DNA from: Chloroflexota bacterium | GTDB taxonomy: Bacteria > Chloroflexota > UBA11872 > VXOZ01 | Direction: 5' to 3' | DNA length: 64,000 nucleotides | NCBI GenBank assembly: GCA_963663275.1 | Contig: OY760183.1 | Coordinates: forward strand, 2,208,001 to 2,272,000 | Part shown: in pieces, positions 20,949 through 29,438 of the stretch | Layout of the letters: every line of letters starts with the position of its first letter | Position numbering within the stretch: position 1 is the stretch's first letter | Notes under the pieces: generated by a model | The model's input: the letters and a program-made list of their open reading frames with translations, nothing else | Told to the model about the DNA's origin: nothing | The model's database searches: none | Program-made: the position numbers and the translations under genes

Positions 20949-23105
20949 CTAGCCTGTGCGCACGTGCAAGACCGCGAACTGAGAGGGACCCAAAGAGGTG
21001 ATGATCAGGTTTTCGCGGGTGCGAACGGGCGCGCCGGACCACACTTCCTCTACTGACAGGCGTGCGCTGCCGGACACTCCGGGCGCTAGCTCGATTAAGA
21101 TTTCCTGCTCGTTGTCAGCGCCGTTCAGCAGGAGCAGAAGCATCTCTCTGGAGCTCTTCAGCCAGTAGCCGTAGAATGTGCTCGGCGGCTGGACGATGAG
21201 ACGCTCTTGGTTCCGCCAGTAGGGATGCCAGTTCGCATTGCCGAAGCCCAAACTCAGGCGCAATTCTTCCAGGCGGGCCAGGCTCTCGAGGGGAGCGGAG
21301 GGTCCGAGTTCTTCCGGCCAAAGCGACGTGTTGTACACGGCCGCCAAGGCGAACAATTCCTGGTCGGTCGTCAGTTCTGCGCGTCTGTAGATTTCAAGGG
21401 GCGCGGGTAAGCGCGCGTCTGCCGCGGACATCTGGAAGAGCGTTGGCACGCCATGGATCACGTGACCGTAGAGGTAAGGTATCTGCTCGGGTTGCCAACG
21501 TCTTGCAAGTCCCTCGCCGCCGAGACCGCCGAAAGTGATGGACTTGTAGATGTTGAATCCCGTGACAAGCAGATCGGCAAAGCCGTGAATCATGCTCCAG
21601 GGCATGGGAGTGTGCACTATCACGATCCCGTCCTCATCTCGTTCGCGCAGACCGCCGTGGAAGAGCGCATAGATTCTTTGCAACAGGTCGCGCCGGCCAT
21701 GGATGTCCAGCGCGCCCTCCGTTCCCGGCTGGCGTTCACTCTGAAGCAAAATCCGCGCGGACGGTTCGCCGATGTGCACGCTCACGCCATCAATCGGAAA
21801 CTCCGTAGCAAACGCGCGGATTGACTCTTCGAAGAACGCCGCCGATTGTTCCGTATGGAACAGCAACGGCGCCACATCGTCTGGCGGTTGAGGCACGTTC
21901 GCTATGGACGTGTGGAGCGCATGCGGCGTGTCGGCTACAACCTTTGCCGCGCCGGGGACGCGTACGGAAAGGGAGTCCGCGGAGATAGAGGGCAGCACCT
22001 TCAGCCCTACGTCATGGGTCAGATCAACCATCTCGCGAAAGGCGCGCTCATTCTCAGCGTTTTCGAAGTATGGAAACCCCGGAACGTCCGACCACCCTTC
22101 GTCCAGGACGATGGCCTCGGCGCCTTGATCCCGCAGAGACTCCAGCGTTTGGCGCGTATCGGTTGTCGTATCCATCGGGTACTGCGCTATCATCCTCTCG
22201 TCTTCCGGCCACCACTCCACGCGCACCGGCTTGACGGCGGTCTTGCTACTTACATTTGGGATTACGGGTGTTGGCTGAATGCCAAAGTCGAGATGGATCG
22301 TATCCGGCATGTCCAGAGGGCCGTTGACGAGTTCAACAAGGAGACGCATTGCACCCTCAACCGGACGCAACTGTACCAGGGTGAGCGGCTGCCGGTCCTG
22401 CTGTAGAGCGATCTTGTCGGTGAACCAAACGATGCCCCGCTCTGGATTGCCCACCCAAAAGTGAGGGGTTGAGTCTCCCGACCAACCGTTATCGGGAATG
22501 CGCCCGCCACCCCAGACTGCCCTTGTGTCTCCCAAGAACGCTCGTGAGGCGAAATCGATTGGGCCGGGACCCAGCAGGTGGTGGGCGTAGTGGGTGGTGT
22601 GCTCGCCGAGTATAGGCACGTCGAGCAGGACGGAGTCGATGGTGATGACGCCCTGGGGGATGAGGCTGACGCGCATGCGGCACATGCCGTCGTAACTGAT
22701 GGTGACGCGGGCCTGGGCGACGAGATCGCCGGCGTTGCCCCGCGCCAGCAATTCTACCTCGGTCGCGTCAATCGAGATTACACGCGCCCGCTGCCAGGCG
22801 AGCAGTTCGTCCTGGATGCGCACGTCCAGCTTGACCGCGTCGAAGAGGAACTCGGCGCCGTTCACCTCCAGGCTGGTGGGCAGCGGGCCGGCGTCGAACC
22901 GGTAGCGGTGCCCGGCGACCTCGACCGCCGTGCCCCGCACGACCAGCGGTTCCCAGGGCGGCGGCAGGGGAGACTGCCCCAAGCCCTGCTGGACGGACAC
23001 GAGCGGATCGTGGCCGCGGGCCGGTCCGCCGCAGGCCGCTAGACCGAGAGCGGCCCCACCGGCGAGCACTGCGCGGCGGCTGAATTGAGGGGCGGGTGGC
23101 GCCAT
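20949..23105 (-). CDS. Tat-exported lipoprotein, putative glycoside-hydrolase-like protein (beta-sandwich plus TIM barrel)
   Basis: 'SRRAVL...LGLAAC' gives a twin-Arg motif plus lipobox. Layout resembles DUF6067/GH-like proteins, including a late 'WHPYWRN'. Confidence 0.55.
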   Translation of the reverse strand: MAPPAPQFSRRAVLAGGAALGLAACGGPARGHDPLVSVQQGLGQSPLPPPWEPLVVRGTAVEVAGHRYRFDAGPLPTSLEVNGAEFLFDAVKLDVRIQDELLAWQRARVISIDATEVELLARGNAGDLVAQARVTISYDGMCRMRVSLIPQGVITIDSVLLDVPILGEHTTHYAHHLLGPGPIDFASRAFLGDTRAVWGGGRIPDNGWSGDSTPHFWVGNPERGIVWFTDKIALQQDRQPLTLVQLRPVEGAMRLLVELVNGPLDMPDTIHLDFGIQPTPVIPNVSSKTAVKPVRVEWWPEDERMIAQYPMDTTTDTRQTLESLRDQGAEAIVLDEGWSDVPGFPYFENAENERAFREMVDLTHDVGLKVLPSISADSLSVRVPGAAKVVADTPHALHTSIANVPQPPDDVAPLLFHTEQSAAFFEESIRAFATEFPIDGVSVHIGEPSARILLQSERQPGTEGALDIHGRRDLLQRIYALFHGGLRERDEDGIVIVHTPMPWSMIHGFADLLVTGFNIYKSITFGGLGGEGLARRWQPEQIPYLYGHVIHGVPTLFQMSAADARLPAPLEIYRRAELTTDQELFALAAVYNTSLWPEELGPSAPLESLARLEELRLSLGFGNANWHPYWRNQERLIVQPPSTFYGYWLKSSREMLLLLLNGADNEQEILIELAPGVSGSARLSVEEVWSGAPVRTRENLIITSLGPSQFAVLHVRTG

Positions 23106-23199
23106 GGGTCTTTGCCGTTCTGGCTCCTGCTTCAAATTGCTATGCGGTTACGGGCATCCTGTCCGCGTGTTACGCCGCGTGACCGTGCGCCGCGCGCAG

Positions 23200-23628
23200 T
23201 CAGCCGACTTCGGGATGGGCGCTCCACGTGGTAAACGGCGCGTCTGACGCCGGAAGCGTGATGTCGGCGACTTGACCGGGCGCAAGGTCAACCGGCGTCG
23301 TCGGCCCTAACTCGGTCCCATTCGATAGATGAACTTCGACCCGGACCTGCCGCAGCGTCGCGTCGGTGGTGTTCTCCACCGTGCCCATAAAGGCGTTGGC
23401 GTCGGCGTCATACGCCAGGATCAGCCGCGCGCCGGCCCGCACCGCATCGTACGTCTCATCCAATGCGAGCTGGGTACCGGCCTCTTCTCCATCTTCGCGA
23501 GACTCGGAGCCGCCGTTGTGCTCCCGGGACTCCCCGGCGTGCTCACCCGATTCGCCGCTCGCGCAGGCGGCAAAGGCCAGCGCCACGATGAGGCCGAGCG
23601 CCGCGAGAAAAAGCGCGCAATTCCGCAT
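23200..23628 (-). CDS. small lipoprotein with FxLYD-like Ig-type domain
   Basis: Signal peptide with 'FAAC' lipobox, E/G/S-rich linker, then 'GTVENTT...VRVEVHL'. Confidence 0.6.
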   Translation of the reverse strand: MRNCALFLAALGLIVALAFAACASGESGEHAGESREHNGGSESREDGEEAGTQLALDETYDAVRAGARLILAYDADANAFMGTVENTTDATLRQVRVEVHLSNGTELGPTTPVDLAPGQVADITLPASDAPFTTWSAHPEVG

Positions 23629-23697
23629 TGATGAATCCTCTTTCGTATGGCGCAGCCGCGGCGCCGCTGGAGAGCGCCCGTCGCCCATTGACCCCAT

Positions 23698-24120
23698 CTA
23701 GTCCGTGGATAGCTCGCAGTCCAACTGCCAGTTGATGCCGTATTTGTCAGTGCAGGAGCCGAAGTACGCGCCCCAGAACGTCTCCTGCAGCGGCATCGTC
23801 ACCGTGCCGCCCGCGGAGAGCTTGGCAAACAGCGCATCGGATTCCTCTTTGCTGGACGTGGAATAGGAGAGCGAGAAATTGCTGCCTACGGTTGGCGGCG
23901 GCGCAAAGCTGGCCGGCATGTCGCTGCCCATGAGAATGCTATCCCCGATGGACAAGGTGGCGTGCATGATCTTGTCCCGGTCCGATTCCGCGATCTCCAT
24001 GTCGGCTGGGCCGTCGGCGAAGGTCTGGATGATCAGGTACTCGCCGCCAAACACGGTGCGATAGAAGTCGAAGACTTCACGGCAGTTGTCGGTGAAGGTC
24101 AAGTAGACGTTGAGCGGCAT
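23698..24120 (-). CDS. VOC/glyoxalase family PhnB-like protein
   Basis: 'YLTF..NC.E..FY..VFG', 'IMHA.L', 'PLQETFWG', 'DKYGINW'. Confidence 0.9.
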   Translation of the reverse strand: MPLNVYLTFTDNCREVFDFYRTVFGGEYLIIQTFADGPADMEIAESDRDKIMHATLSIGDSILMGSDMPASFAPPPTVGSNFSLSYSTSSKEESDALFAKLSAGGTVTMPLQETFWGAYFGSCTDKYGINWQLDCELSTD

Positions 24121-24497
24121 GGGTTCCTCCAGGTGGGATTGACGGACGCAAGGTTTGACCGCATCGGCGCAGTTCTCAGCGCGCTTATCCGGTCAACCCG
24201 CAACCGGAACGTGAGGGAATTGGACCCTGGCCAAGCACATCCGGACAGCGCGCCCAGTCCACCTGCTGGCGCGGAGTTCCAGAGTTGCTACGCCCGCCGG
24301 TGCGCGCGGTCTCGAGGCGAATGTCCCTATGAATCAGTGTACCCCATTCGCGGCGGCTGTGCGAGACGGGAGGGCGCAAAATTGAAAGTTGAGTAACTCT
24401 CCGTCCGGGACTCTCTTTGCGCTAACTCCGTTGGTGTGCACGTCCTTGGGGCCGGTTTCCACCTGGCAAGAGACGCTCGATTCCTCGAAGAAGGTAA

Positions 24498-24526
24498 TGG
24501 ACAACTCGTGAAATATCGCCTACAAT
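24498..24526 (+). promoter_or_regulatory. sigma70-like promoter TGGACA-17-TACAAT
   Basis: Near-consensus hexamers with 17-nt spacing, about 70 nt upstream of the methyltransferase ATG. Confidence 0.55.
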
Positions 24527-24597
24527 GAAAGGAACCGGCGCCCTGATTGGCGCGCCGTTGCTTTTCACTGTCGGACTATTCGCAAAGGAGCGTACAC

Positions 24598-25419
24598 ATG
24601 TCTGACCGTCCAGAGGCGGAATCTTCTTACACGATGGGCTATGGGGAAGATTTTCTCCAGCTACTTCACAAACGGAGCGCCCAGACGAACGCCGCGGGGC
24701 TGCTGCCTCATCTCAAGCCGGGCCAACGGCTGCTGGACTTTGGCTGTGGGCCGGGGACGATCTCGGTGGGTCTCGCCAAGGCGGTGGAGCCCGGCGAGTT
24801 TCACGGCATCGACATGGAAGAGTCGCAGATCGACATTTGCCGGGCCGCCGCCGCGGCGGGCGGCCACGACAACGCCGCCTTCCACGTGGGCGACGTGACC
24901 AAAATGCCTTTTGAAGACAATTACTTCGACGCTGCCTTCTGCCACACCGTGCTGACCCACGTGCCGGACACCGCGGCGGCCGTCGCCGAGGCGAAGCGCG
25001 TCTTGAAACCGGGGGGTCTGCTCTTCAGCCGCGAACTGATCGTCGATTCCTCGTTTCTCGAACCCGGTGAGGAGGATACCCGCTCGGCGTGGGATACGTT
25101 CGCCAAGCTGCTCCAGGGCAACGGCGGCCATCCGAACATGGGCAAAGAGTTGCGGGCGGTCTTCCACGAGGCCGGTTTGGCCGACGTGTGCGCCAGCGCC
25201 TCATTCGACTACTTCGGCACCACCGAGGACGCCACTTTCTTCTGTAACTTCATCCTGGATTGGTTCTGCGCGCCTACGGTCATCGGCGCGGCGGTCAAGT
25301 ACGGCGTGGCCACGGAAGAGCAGTTCGACGAGTGGCGGCGCAATCTGGAGGAGTGGAAGACGATGCCGGGCGCGCTGGGCGGCATGGCGTTTGGCGAGTG
25401 TATGGGAACCAAACCGTAG
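24598..25419 (+). CDS. class I SAM-dependent methyltransferase (UbiE-like)
   Basis: 'LLDFGCGPG', 'GIDM', 'RVLKPGG'; AAGGAG SD. Paralog of 32852-33685. Confidence 0.9.
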   Translation: MSDRPEAESSYTMGYGEDFLQLLHKRSAQTNAAGLLPHLKPGQRLLDFGCGPGTISVGLAKAVEPGEFHGIDMEESQIDICRAAAAAGGHDNAAFHVGDVTKMPFEDNYFDAAFCHTVLTHVPDTAAAVAEAKRVLKPGGLLFSRELIVDSSFLEPGEEDTRSAWDTFAKLLQGNGGHPNMGKELRAVFHEAGLADVCASASFDYFGTTEDATFFCNFILDWFCAPTVIGAAVKYGVATEEQFDEWRRNLEEWKTMPGALGGMAFGECMGTKP

Positions 25420-25700
25420 GGCGCGCGCTCCGCGCGAAGTAGCTCTGCATGGCGTGGGGCTGTTGCGGCCCAGCCTTTGGTTGAACCCAAAGTCCGGGAC
25501 CGTGGTGCGGGAGCTCGCGCTCAGTTGGGCCGGGTGTGCGCCAATTTCCCGGTCGTCGGCGCGGGGAACGTGGCGCGTCCGGAGCCAGCGTAAATTGCGG
25601 GCCGAACGCGCGCTGGACAAGTCTGCGCCGCGTCGCGGGGGAGAGACCGTCAACCCCGCGCGAATGAGATGCCTCAGGCCCTATTCGCCGGTATCCGTCG

Positions 25701-26135
25701 TCATCGCGTCTTAGACTCTTCCCGGAAAGGATTGATGACGCGCAGGCCAGCGTAGTCTTGGTCTGCGCTCAGGTCTTCGGAATAGACCGCTTCACAACCC
25801 AAGGCACGGGCCGCAGCGAGTATCGCTCCGTCCCAATATGAGATTCCGAATCGGCGGCTGATTGTAATCCCGGCATGGAAAACGTCGAGAGTGACTGCCT
25901 GAATGGGAAAGCGCCTGAGGGTCTCGATGAATTGCAATGCGTGTTCCGAGGTGATTGCCTCGCGGCGGGAAGCGCGCGTTGACTGGTGATAGAATTCCTG
26001 CAGAACTTGCACAGAAAGGGCGAGGTCGTTCGAATTCAACAACGCTACGGCTCTACGCCGTTTGTGGGTGTCCTCTGACAGCGCGCTTACTGCATATAGC
26101 AGGATGTTGGTGTCAACGAAGCGCATCGCGCTCAC
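25701..26135 (-). CDS. vapC: PIN-domain toxin (VapC-like)
   Basis: 'FVDTNILLY', 'QVLQEF', 'SYWDGAI', 'YSEDL'. Confidence 0.9.
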   Translation of the reverse strand: MSAMRFVDTNILLYAVSALSEDTHKRRRAVALLNSNDLALSVQVLQEFYHQSTRASRREAITSEHALQFIETLRRFPIQAVTLDVFHAGITISRRFGISYWDGAILAAARALGCEAVYSEDLSADQDYAGLRVINPFREESKTR

Positions 26136-26473
26136 CCGGGTGCCGGTTCTTGTGGTTCCATGATGGCCGTCTCTTGGGCTTCTCGCCTGGCTCGGGAGCG
26201 GTTGTAGAGTTCTTCACGCTGCACGTTCTCGGCCATGCGCAAGCCGCCGCCATTGGCAGTGATTTCCTCAATCACCTCGTTCATGCGTTTTCGTTGCACT
26301 TCAAACGCATCCTCCGGCGTTCGTTGCAATGCCCTGTGCTCCTTGGACTGCTCAACGGCCAGGCGCTTGAGATAGCCGCGCACGAGGGCCGAGACCGACG
26401 TATCCAGTTCCGCCGCCCGGATGCGGGCGCGCCGGTGGGTCTCCTCGTCAACGGATACGGTAATGTTCTTCAT
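26132..26473 (-). CDS. ribbon-helix-helix antitoxin (VapB/FitA-like)
   Basis: 'MKNITVSVDEETHRRARIRAAELDTSVSALVR'; 4-nt overlap with the toxin. Confidence 0.85.
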   Translation of the reverse strand: MKNITVSVDEETHRRARIRAAELDTSVSALVRGYLKRLAVEQSKEHRALQRTPEDAFEVQRKRMNEVIEEITANGGGLRMAENVQREELYNRSRARREAQETAIMEPQEPAPG

Positions 26474-26476
26474 GGG

Positions 26477-26506
26477 CACAGTCTCACAGTTTCTGTGAAT
26501 CACAGT
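26477..26506. promoter_or_regulatory. putative TA autoregulatory operator
   Basis: Three CACAGT copies and the palindrome TCACAG-TTT-CTGTGA directly upstream of the antitoxin ATG. Confidence 0.5.
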
Positions 26507-26772
26507 ATACCGGGACCGGCGCGCTATGCTCAAGAATGCCGGCCGGCGCGGACTCTTTCCGGGCGCCATCAAATGCCGGTTGCTTCCAACGGGTGTTCTT
26601 GTGCAAAGGCATCAGGAGACTTCTCTGGGAAGCGTGCCGCCGCCGCGCACCCCCAACCTGCCCGACGCTGCATCGGCAACTAGCCTCGTGCGGCACTCCG
26701 CCGGCAGTTCGAGCTGCCGTTTGGCAGGATCAATAGTTACATCCACCCCGACGGTGGCCTTGTCAGGAAACC

Positions 26773-27045
26773 TTACTTCTCGGTCAGCCGGCCGGATAGG
26801 TACTTGTGGATGACGCTGGAGAGCAGTGTCTGGTAGGGTATGCCTTCTTCCCTGGCCCGGGCGTGAGCGAGATTGTAGTCGCGCTCGGTTACCCGCAAGT
26901 TCACGCGCTTGGTCTTGTTGAACGTATTGCGCGCCGCCTGGCGAGCCGTCTCAAGTTCGCGTTCGGCCTCTGGAGCGGATTGCAATGTGCCGTGCTCGAA
27001 GCGCTCGAGTATGTCGCGCTCTTCCGCGCTCATCTCCTCGCTCAT
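26773..27045 (-). CDS. BrnA-like/CopG-family antitoxin
   Basis: C-terminal RHH 'KRVNLRV...AREEGIPYQTLLSSVIHKY'; ATGA overlap with the upstream toxin fragment. Confidence 0.8.
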   Translation of the reverse strand: MSEEMSAEERDILERFEHGTLQSAPEAERELETARQAARNTFNKTKRVNLRVTERDYNLAHARAREEGIPYQTLLSSVIHKYLSGRLTEK

Positions 27046-27227
27046 GATAGCTGCTTCCTCCGGTAGTCTCTCGTCGCCTTCCGGCTGGGGATGATCGTCT
27101 TCAGAAAGCGGGTGCCGTCGGTCTGCGTCACGAAAGGCACCAGGTAAATGTACTCATCGCTTTCAACAACGTAGATCATCTGCCCCGGGTAGCGATCCTG
27201 GTTCGGGTGCTTCAGCACGACTACCAA
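27042..27227 (-). pseudogene. 5'-truncated BrnT-like toxin
   Basis: Only the C-terminal part 'HPNQDRYPGQ..YIYLVPFV..FLKTIIPSRKATRDY' is present. The in-frame upstream sequence is unrelated and meets a stop at 27285-27287. Confidence 0.7.
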
Positions 27228-27284
27228 ACCAGTCCACGCCGGAAGGTCGGTAGTGGGCTTAGGTCGGTTGTAGCATGGGAGATT

Positions 27285-27662
27285 TCATGTTTGGTCAGGT
27301 CGGAATTGCCAGCCTCTTTCGCTGGCGCTTCGGGCTAGCGTTTTTCCCACTTTCTTTGACATATTGCCTGATAGGCCGGCAAAATCAATGTAAGCATGCT
27401 CTCTGTAAGGCTCAGAGTCGAGGACTACCTTTCTGCCATGAGCGACGCATTCTCCAACCGTCACAGCCATCACCCCATCGGATTGGTAGCCACACTCCTG
27501 TGTAAAGTGATACCAAGAGTCCTCAGCGGCAATCTGATCTCCGTCGTATACGGAGAGCCTACCCTTGTCCTTGTCTGTAGGGGTAAATGCTTGGGATGAG
27601 ACTCTATTTCCCCTCACAAAATTAGGGTGAATTTGCCGGAGAAGCAAAGTGCTATCATTCAC
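27285..27662 (-). CDS. small hypothetical protein, putative ADP-ribosyltransferase-like toxin
   Basis: 125 aa with 'LLLRQIHP', 'SSQAF', 'LSVYD' and 'HAYID'. GTG overlaps the upstream stop (GTGA). The ORF is well supported; the function is inferred. Confidence 0.55.
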   Translation of the reverse strand: MNDSTLLLRQIHPNFVRGNRVSSQAFTPTDKDKGRLSVYDGDQIAAEDSWYHFTQECGYQSDGVMAVTVGECVAHGRKVVLDSEPYREHAYIDFAGLSGNMSKKVGKTLARSASERGWQFRPDQT

Positions 27663-28549
27663 TCCGCTGTTGACCCCAATTCACGAATTTCCCGATATAT
27701 CCACCCCCATGCGGCTTCATCATCAAGACCTAGAGCTTGTTCGCTGCTAAAATTGGTCTGCAAGTTGACGCAGTGCCACTCGGCAATGTGACTGGTGAGG
27801 TCTACTTCCAAGCTTACTTCATTGGCACCCAGAGACCACTCGGCTTGCACCCCACCCTCCGGCGTTGGATAGAGGTAAGGCCGTGGGAGACTGCGGGCAT
27901 AGTGAGCGTGGAACTGCACGGCTAACCAGTCGAGACCTTTGTGACTTGGTGCTACTCCGTATTGCTCGCCCCATTCAGTGGCAGACTGCATGCCATCTGC
28001 CCAACCATCCTCTAGGTACTTCATGTCCTCCAACTGCCGAGCAATATCCAATGCGTCGGCAGCCGAAGTATCTTCAAGACTCTGGTCTTTCGACTTCTGT
28101 TGCCAAAGGTCTTCCAATGGTCCTACGGCTGCAACTCTCCACACATCTGTTCCTGAAGTTAGTTGGCTATGGCTGTGGGGAGTCGTGAACACAATCTCGA
28201 CAACAGGAGTCTGCGCCTGTTGCCGAAGGGACTCTATAGCCTTGTCTACGTTAGCGCCCCAACGATCAAATCTAAAGTAGAACTGGTTAGAATTGGGTCG
28301 AGCTAGCAACACGATATCGATCTCTGGCTCGATCACAGGATCATTCCAGTCGCAATCCACCGCATTAGCCGTGAGTGTGCTGATATGCCCATGCGCATCA
28401 GTGTTCCGACCCGCCAACGTGGAGCGAAAGTCGTGGCGGAAAGAACTCAAGACTGGGTCGGACCAGAGCGCATCTTCACCCTTCCCTGTGGTACCTTTAG
28501 GGGCTTTAGAGGGATTACCGCGTTCCTGGGAAGCAGTAATGGCTTTCAT
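27659..28549 (-). CDS. hypothetical protein (disordered N-terminus, compact C-terminal domain), candidate antitoxin
   Basis: About 296 aa; ATGA overlap with the upstream gene. C-terminal 'LEDGWADG..APS..PYLYPTPEGGVQAEW..EVSLEVD'. Confidence 0.6.
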   Translation of the reverse strand: MKAITASQERGNPSKAPKGTTGKGEDALWSDPVLSSFRHDFRSTLAGRNTDAHGHISTLTANAVDCDWNDPVIEPEIDIVLLARPNSNQFYFRFDRWGANVDKAIESLRQQAQTPVVEIVFTTPHSHSQLTSGTDVWRVAAVGPLEDLWQQKSKDQSLEDTSAADALDIARQLEDMKYLEDGWADGMQSATEWGEQYGVAPSHKGLDWLAVQFHAHYARSLPRPYLYPTPEGGVQAEWSLGANEVSLEVDLTSHIAEWHCVNLQTNFSSEQALGLDDEAAWGWIYREIRELGSTAE

Positions 28550-29217
28550 CGCGTTCCCTGATCCAATCGAGTGGCGAAACTGTTGGCCTTTTCCCAAATC
28601 TCCTGAAGATCTCGGCTGATCTCATCAACATCGGGGATTCGATGTTCTTGCCTATGGTAATTCACGGCCATGAATACTCGCGTCGCACTTTCCTCACCGA
28701 ATCTTGGCTCAACCCGCACGGTCCACCGTCCAGTGGGAGAATCGAGCAGAATTTGTCCCAATCCGCCGGCTAGCTCCATGTCACCGTTGACTAAAGCAAC
28801 CCTATCAAAGAGCCGTTGGCCGAGATACTGGATGGCTGATTGCCCAGAGGTCTGGTTATACACCAACTCAATGTTGTAACCAAACGCCTGAGGACTTTGA
28901 CCCTGAGTATCTGTGTGCTTGAGGGCACAGCACACGATATCAGACAGTCTCTTCAAGTCTGCTTTGGCAGGGTATTCCCGCTGAATGGTCGTACGCGCGG
29001 AGGAAGATTCCAGAGACACTCTCTCTCTAGGCAAATCGAATTTGCGACCAGCTTCCAGGGACACATCCTGTAGGCCCAACACAACCGCCCCCGCCGCACT
29101 TCGAACCTCTGCGTTGATTGAATTCTGGAAATCCTCGAGCTCCTTCGGAGTGTTGAGCAATCCAATGCCCAACAAGACTACATTCGCATTCAATACATCC
29201 TGTATTTCCACAGTCAC
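28546..29217 (-). CDS. hypothetical protein, TIGR04255-like
   Basis: 223 aa, GTG with GGAG SD. 'AFGYNIELVY', 'VFMAVNYH' and a C-terminal amphipathic helix; family assignment is by eye only. Confidence 0.55.
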   Translation of the reverse strand: MTVEIQDVLNANVVLLGIGLLNTPKELEDFQNSINAEVRSAAGAVVLGLQDVSLEAGRKFDLPRERVSLESSSARTTIQREYPAKADLKRLSDIVCCALKHTDTQGQSPQAFGYNIELVYNQTSGQSAIQYLGQRLFDRVALVNGDMELAGGLGQILLDSPTGRWTVRVEPRFGEESATRVFMAVNYHRQEHRIPDVDEISRDLQEIWEKANSFATRLDQGTR

Positions 29218-29438
29218 GGTTTTACTCCCAGAGTCTGGCTTTCATCAGCAAATGAGGTGCAGTGGACGCGAACGTCAATATGCTATCTAGTGAGTTGCTC
29301 CGTCCCAATACAATAGCATCACTCTTGACCACCAACAACCTCTGCCAGCAAGCCTTCGGTTTCCTTCTCTAATTCCAGTATATCACCCCGGATTCAATCT
29401 AGCGGGTGGGACTTGGGCCATTTACCACGTACATCCCA

